Source: Cyanobium sp. (GTDB lineage: Bacteria > Cyanobacteriota > Cyanobacteriia > PCC-6307 > Cyanobiaceae). Taken from it: a DNA stretch of 64,000 nucleotides. The stretch is taken from contig JBIIJV010000001.1 in assembly GCA_044233545.1 (NCBI GenBank), positions 3,263 to 67,262 of the forward strand, given 5' to 3'. The notes under the pieces are model-generated. The model was not told where the DNA came from, did no database searches, and was given only the letters and a program-made list of their open reading frames with translations. Both the position numbers and the translations under genes were made by a program. Each line of letters begins with the position of its first letter. Positions within the stretch are counted from its first letter, which is position 1. Below, in pieces: positions 19,885-28,801 of this stretch.

Positions 19885-20517
19885 ATGCCCTTCCTGGACG
19901 GCAGCAGCCTCAAGATCGGCGCCAGTCCCTGTTCAGCACCGGCGGCCTTCACCCCTTCGGTGCACTTGGGCATCGGCGTCGATGCGGAAGATTTTCGACT
20001 CTCGCCGACGACCCATTCCGGCCTTTTCTCCTTCCACCTGTTACAAACCACTTCCCCGCTGATGAAGGGCTACTGGCAACTGCGCAGCACCATCTTCTGC
20101 CAGGAGCAGCACCTCTTCGAAGAGCACGACCGCGATGACCGGGATGATCACGCCTACCCAATCGCCGCCATCTATCCCGGCGCCGCCCAGTCCTTCGGGG
20201 TGGTGGGTGTGGTGCGAATCCTTGAGGAGAAAGCGGGGCTCTGGTACGGCGGGCGGTTGGGGGTGAAGGACAGCTACCGCCGTCAGAACCAGATCGGCAA
20301 GGGGCTGATCTGGAAGGCCGTGACGACGGCCCACGGCTGGGGCGCCCAGCGCTTCCTGGCGACGGTGCAGCTCCAGAACGTGCGTTTTTTCGAGCGCTTG
20401 CACTGGCACTCGCTGGAGTCCATGGACATCCGCGGCGTCCGCCACCATCTGATGGAGGCCGATCTGGCCTATTACGAACCTGCAAGCCAACGGCGCCCCG
20501 GCCTGATGGCGGCATGA
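19885..20517 (+). CDS. GNAT N-acetyltransferase, MSMEG_0567/Sll0786-like
   Basis: 210 aa. GNAT-like RRQNQIGKGL (Q/R-x-x-G-x-G/A) segment. Cluster position as sll0786. Confidence 0.75.
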   Translation: MPFLDGSSLKIGASPCSAPAAFTPSVHLGIGVDAEDFRLSPTTHSGLFSFHLLQTTSPLMKGYWQLRSTIFCQEQHLFEEHDRDDRDDHAYPIAAIYPGAAQSFGVVGVVRILEEKAGLWYGGRLGVKDSYRRQNQIGKGLIWKAVTTAHGWGAQRFLATVQLQNVRFFERLHWHSLESMDIRGVRHHLMEADLAYYEPASQRRPGLMAA

Positions 20518-21575
20518 GGTCCCATGCAGACGGCCTGGAAGGCGAGGCCAGCGGCGGGGTGCTCCAGAACCAAAGGGGCCGAAGCAGGGCTGAGGTCGAT
20601 TTGGACGGCTTGGTACAGCGATTGTCCCAACTGGAAGGATTGCTGGGCAAGCGTGACATCCAGGTTCCGGCAAGCCTCTTTGCCCACCAACCCTTCCCTT
20701 CGCTGGGGGCGGCGGCGGCTCTGGGGGATGACGCCGCCTTGGTGCCGGCAGCCCCGGGCCCCCTGTTGCTGGCCTGCGAAGGCTTGCACCCCCAGCTGGT
20801 GGCCGAGGACCCCTGGTTCGCCGGCTGGAGTGCCGTGCTGGTGAACCTCAACGACATCGCCGCCATGGGGGGGCGGCCCCTGGCCCTGGTCAACAGCCTC
20901 TGGAGCCAGGGGCCGGAACCGGCTCAGGCGTTGCTGGAGGGTATGGGCTTTGCCTGCGACAAATTCGGGGTACCGATGGTGGGGGGCCATACCAACCTGC
21001 AGAGCCCATACACGGCCCTCTCGGTGGCGGTGCTGGGCATGGCACCGGGGCCTGTGCTCTCGGCCCGGCTGGCGCGGCCGGGGCAGATCTGCTGTCTGCT
21101 GGCAAACCACCAAGGCGCTTTCCATCGCCACTATCCCTTCTGGGATGCGGCGACCCAAGCCGATCCCCCGCGCCTGCGGGCCCAGCTTGAGCTGCTGGTG
21201 CAACTGGCCGGTGCGGGGGTGGTGCGGGCCGCCAAGGACGTGAGCATGGGCGGCATCGCCGGAACGGCGGTGATGTTGGCGGAGGCGGCCGGGTGCCATT
21301 TGCAGCTCGACCTGGACGCCATCGAATCGCCTCCGGGGGTGGCGTTGGAAGCCTGGCTGACCTGTTTCCCCAGCTTTAGCTACTTGCTGGTGGTCGACCC
21401 AGGCGCCAGCGCCGATCTGGCGGCCGCCGTGGCGCCCCACCCCGAGCTGTGGTGCGGGCCCATCGGCCGCTTCGGGCCAGGCCCGGCGTCAGTGGCGTTG
21501 ATCCAGGCCGGGGCCTGCTCGCTGCTGTGGCCAGGGGGGGAAGCCTTGACGGGCTTTACCGCTTCAACCAGATGA
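20514..21575 (+). CDS. AIR-synthase-related protein, Sll0787-like
   Basis: PurM/ThiL-like motifs: GDDAALV, NDIAAMGGRPLAL, VPMVGGHTN, DVSMGGIAGT. 4-nt overlap with the GNAT gene. Confidence 0.85.
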   Translation: MRSHADGLEGEASGGVLQNQRGRSRAEVDLDGLVQRLSQLEGLLGKRDIQVPASLFAHQPFPSLGAAAALGDDAALVPAAPGPLLLACEGLHPQLVAEDPWFAGWSAVLVNLNDIAAMGGRPLALVNSLWSQGPEPAQALLEGMGFACDKFGVPMVGGHTNLQSPYTALSVAVLGMAPGPVLSARLARPGQICCLLANHQGAFHRHYPFWDAATQADPPRLRAQLELLVQLAGAGVVRAAKDVSMGGIAGTAVMLAEAAGCHLQLDLDAIESPPGVALEAWLTCFPSFSYLLVVDPGASADLAAAVAPHPELWCGPIGRFGPGPASVALIQAGACSLLWPGGEALTGFTASTR

Positions 21576-21671
21576 CTTTTCGACTTCAGCTAAATGACAT
21601 GGTCGCATCATCGAATTGACAGCTTGCCTGGGGCCGTCAGGGCAGAATCAGTTAACTGCTGAGGGACATTC

Positions 21672-21944
21672 ATGCCTGAAGTTCATCTCACCCTGGAATG
21701 GCCGGATGGCAGCACCAGTGCTCTTTATTCCCCTTCGACAGTGATCCTGCAGCGGCTGCGACCCGGCCAAAGCCTGCCGATATCCACCCTCAGAACCCAG
21801 GGAATTGCCGCCCTCCAGGAGGCCTCCGAGCGGGTGCGGGCCCGTTACGGCTTTGCCTGCACCCGAACCAATGAAGAACGGCACAAGTTGGAACGTATGG
21901 CCAGCCGTTTTGATGACGCGGAATGCGTCCAGATCTTGTCTTGA
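21672..21944 (+). CDS. MSMEG_0570-like small protein (Nit1C accessory)
   Basis: 90-aa ORF immediately downstream of the operon. Size and position fit. The motif-level match is from memory only. Confidence 0.55.
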   Translation: MPEVHLTLEWPDGSTSALYSPSTVILQRLRPGQSLPISTLRTQGIAALQEASERVRARYGFACTRTNEERHKLERMASRFDDAECVQILS

Positions 21945-22114
21945 AAGGGTTCTCGCAGCCCCTGGCTTAGCCCTAAGTCAGGCGTGGGTCGGAGCGAAAT
22001 CGGCAAGAACTGTTATGACTAGGTAGTTTTCTGCAAATAATAATAGTGCATTTTTGGTTTAAGTTCTAGGCATTTTATCAATCCGCACTTTCTGTCGTCT
22101 GGGACAGTTTAATC

Positions 22115-22993
22115 ATGGTAGAAATTCACACCCTTGCTTGCCTCGATTATCTGATGTGGCTCCGCACAGGCGATGAAGTTGCCAAGCGGACAGGCCTCAA
22201 CCAGTCCACAATCAGTCGCAACCTTCATAAATGCTGTGAAGCCTTTTTCTTAAATGTAAAAAAAATAAATAACGAGTATGTGATCACGGGTAATACCGAC
22301 CTTATCAATCTAGAGCGAAACGTTCACCAGCATCATCGCTGGAAAAGCTATCGCCCATTGAGAGTTGATGCAATGTTCTGGTCAGGGCGAGCCTACTTTT
22401 CGTCACCGATCGAAGACTATGTCTTGGGCAACCATGACTTCATGCATGTCGCCCAACCCCTCGCCATGCTCCGCGATGGCGTACTTGATGCTTTGATTGC
22501 GCCCTTCCCGGATTGTCCGGCTGCCGATGACAGCACATTAGCCAGCTTTCCCCTGGCCTACTTCCCCTGCTATCTGATCACGGTTGAATCCCATCCACTC
22601 TTTTCAATAAACCGTGAATTAACTTTAGAGGACATAGCAGCATACCCCTCCCTTGCCCTGCCAGAGGGGGCTTTCCCAGTTTTTGAAGACTATGCAAAAA
22701 GTCTGGGGCTATGGAATTCACCCTCAAGTATCTATCGCTATGACATGAATAAATGGGAGGGCAGAAACGAAGCTGAGCTAACAACTTCTTTTGCCTCTAT
22801 TTTTGGCGCTAATTTACATAATTCAACTCAAAAGGTATTGCCCTACAAGCTGGATATGGAGTGCGGTGATTATCTGATCGTCAAAAGAGATTTTGCCAAC
22901 CATCCCCTTTGCCAAAATTTGAGGCAGATTCTCCACGATCGCTTAAGGCCATGGGCTGAGCAATATCCTGAAATTCGCTTATGTCACTCTTAA
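22115..22993 (+). CDS. LysR-like transcriptional regulator (HTH + substrate-binding-like C-terminus)
   Basis: N-terminal HTH-like EVAKRTGLNQSTISRNLHKC. 292 aa. The gene and its flanks are markedly AT-richer than their neighbours. Confidence 0.5.
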   Translation: MVEIHTLACLDYLMWLRTGDEVAKRTGLNQSTISRNLHKCCEAFFLNVKKINNEYVITGNTDLINLERNVHQHHRWKSYRPLRVDAMFWSGRAYFSSPIEDYVLGNHDFMHVAQPLAMLRDGVLDALIAPFPDCPAADDSTLASFPLAYFPCYLITVESHPLFSINRELTLEDIAAYPSLALPEGAFPVFEDYAKSLGLWNSPSSIYRYDMNKWEGRNEAELTTSFASIFGANLHNSTQKVLPYKLDMECGDYLIVKRDFANHPLCQNLRQILHDRLRPWAEQYPEIRLCHS

Positions 22994-23090
22994 TTCTAGC
23001 TGGCCAGCGCCTAGCGATGTCGGGCTAGAGGCGGACCCCACGTCACCATGATCAGCCGATAAATCCATCACCCTGGGGACTTGCGGCCCA

Positions 23091-24455
23091 GTGTTGATCA
23101 AAGCCTGCCAGCATCGTGTTCTCCATTCCTGTGCTGCGATGCCTGCCGAAGATTTGATCTGGCGCCGCAGTTGGTACCCGGTGGCCTTCCTCAAGGATCT
23201 GCCGCAGGACCGTCCCACTGCCTTCACCTTGCTGGCCGAGGATTTGGTTCTCTGGCACGACCGCCAGGCCGGGCATTGGCGGGCCTTCGCCGATGTCTGC
23301 CCCCACCGGCTCGTGCCCCTCTCCCAGGGGCGCCTCAACGACAAGGGCGAGCTGGAGTGCCCTTACCACGGCTGGTGCTTTGACGGTGAGGGGCGCTGCA
23401 CCACCATCCCCCAGGCCAATCCCGGCGCCAGCATCGACACCCTGCGCAGCCGTTGCCGGTCCTACGCCACCGCCGCGGCCCAAGGGTTGCTGTTTGTGTT
23501 CAGCGGTGATCCCGCCGCGGCCGAAGCCGTGCCCCTGCCCCTGGTGCCGGTGCTCCAAGAAAACCCGGCCGCTTGGACCGTCCAGGATTCCTTCCGTGAT
23601 TTGCCCTACGACGCCCTCACCCTGCTGGAGAACGTGCTCGATGTGAGCCATGTGCCATTTACCCATCACGCCACTGTGGGCAAGCGTGAGACTGCCGGTC
23701 CGGTGGACCTTGAACTCACCGCCAGTGGATCGGAGGGGTTCAGGGGCCTGTGGCAGGAAGGGCCCCGCCGCGGCAGTCTTGGCAGCCAGACCACAGTGTT
23801 CACGGGCCCCAGCCTGATGATCCATGACCTCACCACCAAGGGGGGCACCCGTTTCCAGACGGTGGTCTACGCCACCCCGATCCACAGAGGGGCCTGCCGG
23901 CTATTTGTGCGGTTGCCCTTTTTCTTCGGCTCTCCCTGGCCAGGTCGGTTGCTGAAACTGCGGCCCGAGTGGTTGCAACACCTCGGTAACCACGTGGTGC
24001 TCGAAGACGACCAGCTATTCCTGCATTGGCAAGAGCGGGTGCTGGAGGAGAGGGGCGGCGGCTCCTCCCTCGCCCAGGCCTGCTACTTGGCCACCCGCTC
24101 CGATCTCTACGTCCGTGCCCTGCACGATTGGGTGGATCGGGTGGGCGGCGGCCCATTCCCCCAGACGCCCCTGCCGGAGCGGCTTGGCGTCCAACCCCTG
24201 CTGGAGCGTTATGAGAGCCACACCCGCCACTGCCGCAGCTGCAGCTCGGTCGATCGGCGCTTGGCGCTGCTGCGGCCTGGCGCTCTAGTGGCGACGGCCC
24301 TAGCCCTGGTGGCCGCCGCTTGGTGGGGGCCCACCCCTGCCGGGGCCGCCTGGCTGGCTTTGGCCTTGGTGGCCGCCGGGGCCTGGATCCAGGCCGGCCG
24401 TTGGCGCCAGGCTCTGCGATTTGGCTCACCCCTACCGCCCCGCAACCGCAGCTAG
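23091..24455 (+). CDS. Rieske [2Fe-2S] oxygenase of the pheophorbide a oxygenase (PAO/Tic55) type, with C-terminal TM helices
   Basis: CPHRLVPLSQG...CPYHGWCF Rieske motif. Mononuclear-iron region NVLDVSHVPFTHH. C-terminal CRSC and hydrophobic helices. The likely true start is the ATG at 23139 (MPAEDLIWRRSWYPV). Confidence 0.85.
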   Translation: MLIKACQHRVLHSCAAMPAEDLIWRRSWYPVAFLKDLPQDRPTAFTLLAEDLVLWHDRQAGHWRAFADVCPHRLVPLSQGRLNDKGELECPYHGWCFDGEGRCTTIPQANPGASIDTLRSRCRSYATAAAQGLLFVFSGDPAAAEAVPLPLVPVLQENPAAWTVQDSFRDLPYDALTLLENVLDVSHVPFTHHATVGKRETAGPVDLELTASGSEGFRGLWQEGPRRGSLGSQTTVFTGPSLMIHDLTTKGGTRFQTVVYATPIHRGACRLFVRLPFFFGSPWPGRLLKLRPEWLQHLGNHVVLEDDQLFLHWQERVLEERGGGSSLAQACYLATRSDLYVRALHDWVDRVGGGPFPQTPLPERLGVQPLLERYESHTRHCRSCSSVDRRLALLRPGALVATALALVAAAWWGPTPAGAAWLALALVAAGAWIQAGRWRQALRFGSPLPPRNRS

Positions 24456-24503
24456 GGGGGGCAGGTTTCTAGTCCCTTGGCCCCGTTTGGGCCATGGCCT
24501 TAC

Positions 24504-24593
24504 TCAGGCCCAGAACAGCAACCGGGTGGCGATTTCGACTACGACCAGGCCGATCAGGGCCATGGCCGCCAGTAAGGAATTGGGTTTGGACAT
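24504..24593 (-). CDS. Candidate 29-aa single-TM peptide
   Basis: MSKPNSLLAAMALIGLVVVEIATRLLFWA. I could not match it to any named photosystem or cytochrome small subunit. Confidence 0.2.
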   Translation of the reverse strand: MSKPNSLLAAMALIGLVVVEIATRLLFWA

Positions 24594-24735
24594 GCTTCGA
24601 GCCTTCACTTGGCGAAACCCTAAAGGAAATCTTAAGATCTGGCCCCATTTGCCCCAGATCGCCATATCACGCAACATCGGGCAACGCTTTCCCGATTGCG
24701 ATGGTCCGGATGGGCCGGTTGCTGGAGGTGGCGGC

Positions 24736-24885
24736 TCAATAGCCCGAGTCGGCCACGCAGATCCCTTGGCACGAAATGCCGTTGCTGGCGGTACGACCGC
24801 AATGGTCGCAAAGAATGGCCTCCACCGTGGGGCCATCTGGTGCCCCTGCCGCTGCTCCTGCGGCCTCCCCTTCACCAGCAGTCAT
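24736..24885 (-). CDS. Candidate 49-aa Cys4 (zinc-ribbon-like) peptide
   Basis: MTAGEG...ILCDHCGRTASNGISCQGICVADSGY, with a CxxC-x9-CxxxC pattern. Confidence 0.2.
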   Translation of the reverse strand: MTAGEGEAAGAAAGAPDGPTVEAILCDHCGRTASNGISCQGICVADSGY

Positions 24886-25002
24886 CCAGCTCTGATGGGG
24901 GGAAGATAGGTCCGTGCCGGCCTGGCCCGGGGGCGTCTGTGGCAGGGTCAAGAAGGCGAGCCCGGCGGTCAGTCCGATCATGGCGCCCATTGCCCTGTTG
25001 CT

Positions 25003-25983
25003 GTGCCCATGGTTTCCGCCCCTGCATCGCCCAGCATCGGTGTGGGCACCTGGGCCTGGGGCAACCAGCTGCTCTGGGGCTACGACCCCGCCCAGGACGA
25101 GGCCCTACGCCAGTGCTTCCACCGGGCCGTGGCCTTGGGGCTGCACTTTTTTGACACAGCCGATTCCTATGGAACCGGGCGTTTCAACGGCCGCAGCGAG
25201 ACCCTGCTCGGCCAGTTCTGCTCGGAGCTGGCCCTGGCCGATCGCCAGGCCCTCACGCTGGCCACCAAGCTGGCCCCTTTCCCCTGGCGCCTGGGCCGCC
25301 AGGGCTTTCGTTCCGCCTTCGCGGCCTCCCACCAGCGACTCAAAGGTCACCTCGATCTGGTGCAACTGCACTGGAGCACGGCCCGTTATGCCCCCTGGCA
25401 GGAGGGCCCCCTGCTGGATGGGTTGGTGGATCGGCAGCTAGCGGGAGAGGTTGCTGCTGTTGGGGTTTCCAACCTGGGTCCCGCCCGCCTGCGCCAGGTC
25501 CATCGCCATATGCAAGAGCGCGGAGTGGCTCTGCACAGCCTCCAGGTGCAGTTGTCCTTGTTGGCCCCCCAGCCAGTCCAGCCAGGGGGGCTGGCAGACA
25601 TCTGCCAGGAGCTGGGGGTCCAATTGATCGCTTACAGCCCCCTCGCCCTTGGACTCTTAACCCAGCCCGCCGGGGATCCCCCGCCCTGGCCCCCAGGGCC
25701 CCGGGGCTTGCTTTATCGGCGGCTTTGGAACGGTTGCCAGCCCTTGTTGGCGGCCTTGGGCAGCATCGCTGGCGACCGCGGTGTCTCCCAGGCGGCCGTT
25801 GCCCTTAATTGGTGCCGGGCCCATGGCGCCATGCCCATCGTTGGCCTGCGTCGCATTGAACAGGTGGATGGGGCCGCAGCGGCTCTCGCCTGGCAACTGG
25901 GTGCCGATGAACGCAAGCTGCTTGACGCCACCAGTGCATCCCTGGCGGTGGCGATGCCGGCGAACCCATTCCAGAGCCGCTGA
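25003..25983 (+). CDS. Aldo/keto reductase
   Basis: GVGTWAWG, FFDTADSYG, LDLVQLHW, IAYSPLALGLL. Confidence 0.9.
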   Translation: MPMVSAPASPSIGVGTWAWGNQLLWGYDPAQDEALRQCFHRAVALGLHFFDTADSYGTGRFNGRSETLLGQFCSELALADRQALTLATKLAPFPWRLGRQGFRSAFAASHQRLKGHLDLVQLHWSTARYAPWQEGPLLDGLVDRQLAGEVAAVGVSNLGPARLRQVHRHMQERGVALHSLQVQLSLLAPQPVQPGGLADICQELGVQLIAYSPLALGLLTQPAGDPPPWPPGPRGLLYRRLWNGCQPLLAALGSIAGDRGVSQAAVALNWCRAHGAMPIVGLRRIEQVDGAAAALAWQLGADERKLLDATSASLAVAMPANPFQSR

Positions 25984-26068
25984 AGAGCAAGAGCTCAAGA
26001 GCCAGGGCTCAAAAGCCAAAGATCTAGAGCCAGAGTTCAAATCCCCTGGCCCTGTTCAGGCAGCCCCT

Positions 26069-26722
26069 TCAGTGGGTCTCAGCCTCGAAGTCCGCGTCGG
26101 GGGTGATGACCACCGGCAGGGATTCGGGGCGCGGCTCGACGCCTTCTCCGCCCTGGATGACCTGCAAGAGGTGGGCGTCGCGCTGTAAGCCCTTGTCATC
26201 GTTGTCGGATCCGGGCCCGCAGGCAGCCAGGGCTTCTTGCAGCAGAGAATCAAAGGTGGACCCTGGGAGTCGGTGACGGGCCAGTTCCAGGAAAGCCCGG
26301 GAAAGGGATTCACCCGCTGCCGCCCGTACCGCCGGGTTGCTGCGCCGCAGATCCTGTTCCTGACTGATGGCTGCTAAAAAGCGCTCGGTCACATCCCGCT
26401 TGGTTGTGGCGCGGATGCGGGTGTCTTGCTCGGTCTGGCTGAGAAAAATCTGCCCCTCAAGCTCATGGAGCCGGCGGTTGAGGCTTTCGAGAACCTCCTC
26501 CGCTTCCTTGACGATATGGGCCAGTTGACCGTCAGAGAGCCGGGGCAGATCGGCCACGTACACCTTGCCGTGGTCCCTCAGGGTCAAGAAGGTGGGGCGA
26601 GGTCCTGAACCATTACTGGGACCCGCTTCCCGGAAACGGGGGCGAGGCTGGACAGGTCGCTGGGGCGGTATCGGACCCGCTGAGCTGCGGCGACGGGTGA
26701 TTCGAGTCGAGGTATCGAGCAT
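26069..26722 (-). CDS. Conserved hypothetical protein (217 aa from ATG 26722)
   Basis: The ORF track extends to 27073 but would then overlap purM by >240 nt. The internal ATG removes the overlap. Helical, charged protein. Confidence 0.45.
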   Translation of the reverse strand: MLDTSTRITRRRSSAGPIPPQRPVQPRPRFREAGPSNGSGPRPTFLTLRDHGKVYVADLPRLSDGQLAHIVKEAEEVLESLNRRLHELEGQIFLSQTEQDTRIRATTKRDVTERFLAAISQEQDLRRSNPAVRAAAGESLSRAFLELARHRLPGSTFDSLLQEALAACGPGSDNDDKGLQRDAHLLQVIQGGEGVEPRPESLPVVITPDADFEAETH

Positions 26723-26831
26723 CGCTAAAGAAACGAGGGGCAGTACTGGCGAGCCGGCTGGACGCTTGGACTTGTGTAGGGGATCACTCAACGACCTTAA
26801 AGACCCGGGGGTGGGCGAAGTCACCAATCTT

Positions 26832-27866
26832 TCAGTACGGCAATCCCGCCAACGCCCCCTGGGGGGCAGCCCCGGCGGCGATTCGGCCCATCTCCCAGGC
26901 CCCGAAACCGCTCGCCTGGCAGACCCCCAAAGCGTTTTCGACGGCATCGGGCGGCACCACCAGGCAGAACCCCACCCCCAGATTGAAAGTGTTCCACAGG
27001 TCGGCCTCGGGCACCTGACCCCAGTGCTGCAACCAGTCAAAGAGCGCCGGCCGCGTCCAGCTGTCCGGATCAATCACCCCGTGGACCCCCGCCGGCAGGG
27101 CCCGGGGCAGGTTTTCCGGCAGCCCTCCGCCAGTGATGTGGGCCATGCCGTGCAGGGGCACGTTTTGCCGTTGCAGCGCCTTCACCAACGGCGCATAAAT
27201 CAGGGTTGGCGATAGCAGTGACGCGATCAGGGATGGCCCGTTGGCTTCGATGGGTTCGTGGAGGGGGTGGCCGCTGGCCGCAAGAATCTTGCGCACCAGG
27301 CTGAAACCGTTGCTGTGGATGCCGCTGCTGGCCACCGCCACGATCCGATCGCCGACGCCCACGGCCTGGCCATCAATCAGTTGCTCCTCCTCGACCACCC
27401 CCACACAGAAGCCGGCCAGGTCGTAGCGCCCTTGGGGATAGAAGCCCGGCATCTCGGCGGTTTCACCCCCCAATAGGGCGCAGCCCCCCGTTGCGCAGCC
27501 GGCGGCAATCCCCTCCACCACCTCGGCCATAGCCTCGGCGCTGAGGCGGCCAGTGGCGATGTAATCCAGAAAAAACAGGGGCTCGGCGCCGCTGGTGATC
27601 ACATCGTTTACGCACATCGCCACCAGATCAATCCCTACCCCCCGGTGGGCGCCATGGTCCTGGGCCAGTTCCAGTTTGGTGCCGACTCCGTCGGTGCCGG
27701 CCACCAGCAAGGGTTGCCGCAGACCCCCCGGCAGGCGGCAGAGGCCTGCGAACCCCCCCAGAGCGCCCCGCACCTCGGGCCTGTGGGTGCTTTCCACACT
27801 GCGGCGGATGCGTTCCACGAAGGCCCGCCCTGCCACCACATCGACACCGGAGTCGCGGTAATCCAT
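26832..27866 (-). CDS. purM: Phosphoribosylformylglycinamidine cyclo-ligase (AIR synthetase)
   Basis: [17 protein letters not shown]..., [26 protein letters not shown]. The ORF track offers an upstream ATG at 27923. Confidence 0.9.
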   Translation of the reverse strand: MDYRDSGVDVVAGRAFVERIRRSVESTHRPEVRGALGGFAGLCRLPGGLRQPLLVAGTDGVGTKLELAQDHGAHRGVGIDLVAMCVNDVITSGAEPLFFLDYIATGRLSAEAMAEVVEGIAAGCATGGCALLGGETAEMPGFYPQGRYDLAGFCVGVVEEEQLIDGQAVGVGDRIVAVASSGIHSNGFSLVRKILAASGHPLHEPIEANGPSLIASLLSPTLIYAPLVKALQRQNVPLHGMAHITGGGLPENLPRALPAGVHGVIDPDSWTRPALFDWLQHWGQVPEADLWNTFNLGVGFCLVVPPDAVENALGVCQASGFGAWEMGRIAAGAAPQGALAGLPY

Positions 27867-28206
27867 CGCCGTGCTGCCGGAACTGGCTCCGATCCTCCGA
27901 TGGCGGCGACCCTGGACCGCCATCCAGCTTCCTTGGATGGGGACGATTCCGTGATTGGCACATTTAATGATTCGCCTGGCTAATGCCTTTGATCAGATTT
28001 TCTGATCTTCGTTTTAGGTGTCAGGGGTGCTGTTGTCAGTCGTGGCCAAAGGACGGGCGACGGATGATGAAATCTGATCAATCAATTTGGGCGACTTTCT
28101 CATTTTTTTGGCCCACAAAGTTCAGATACCTTGGGCTCGTTGTTATTCCTGTAAGGAACTCCCCAGGTAACTTCGCCAAACTAGATCACCTGAAAAGGGT
28201 TCTATT

Positions 28207-28773
28207 TTGCAAGATCTGTTCACTGCCAGGAGTAATCCTCCGCCAGTCGTTCTGCTCATCCAGGGCGTTCCGTTCATCATGCTTCGACTTCGTCTCCTCG
28301 CTTCTGCCGCTCTGCTGCTGGCTAGCAGTGCCCCAATGTCTGCAAACGCTGCGGGCTTTTCCTCGGGCACCATTCCCTCTTTCAGCATCTTCCCGACCGA
28401 TTCGGCCCCCAGCCTCGACGATCGCTTTTTGCAAAAGCCCCGGATCGCTCCCCTGGCACCCGGTCAACAGATAGCTACAGCAGGCACCCAGGTCGGCCAG
28501 GCCAGCTGGTACGGACCGGGCTTTTACGGCGGTCGCACCGCCAACGGTGAGGTGTTCAGGCCAGGTACCTACACCGCAGCCCACCGTTGGCTCCCCTTTG
28601 GCACCCGGGTGCGCGTCACCAATCTCAACAACGGTCTCAAGGCAGTGGTTCGCATCAACGACCGCGGTCCTTTTTCTGGCGGACGAATCATTGATTTGGC
28701 CCATGGTGCGGCCAGCGCCCTTGGCTTGACCTCCAGCGGCATCGCTCAGGTTCGTCTCGAAGTCCTCGACTGA
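28207..28773 (+). CDS. rlpA: RlpA-family septal ring lytic transglycosylase (DPBB domain)
   Basis: GQASWYGPGFYGGRTANGEVF...AAHRWLPFGTRVRVTNLNNG..VVRINDRGPF. The signal peptide starts at the ATG at 28279. Confidence 0.85.
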   Translation: MQDLFTARSNPPPVVLLIQGVPFIMLRLRLLASAALLLASSAPMSANAAGFSSGTIPSFSIFPTDSAPSLDDRFLQKPRIAPLAPGQQIATAGTQVGQASWYGPGFYGGRTANGEVFRPGTYTAAHRWLPFGTRVRVTNLNNGLKAVVRINDRGPFSGGRIIDLAHGAASALGLTSSGIAQVRLEVLD

Positions 28774-28801
28774 CATTTGAGGGCCTGCACACTCCCTCAC
28801 C

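Noticed and set aside
26723-27073. N-terminal 117 codons of the 334-aa ORF 26069..27073.
   Set aside because: It would overlap the 3' end of purM by >240 nt on the same strand, and its composition is Arg/Gly/Trp-rich. The internal ATG at 26722 gives a non-overlapping gene.
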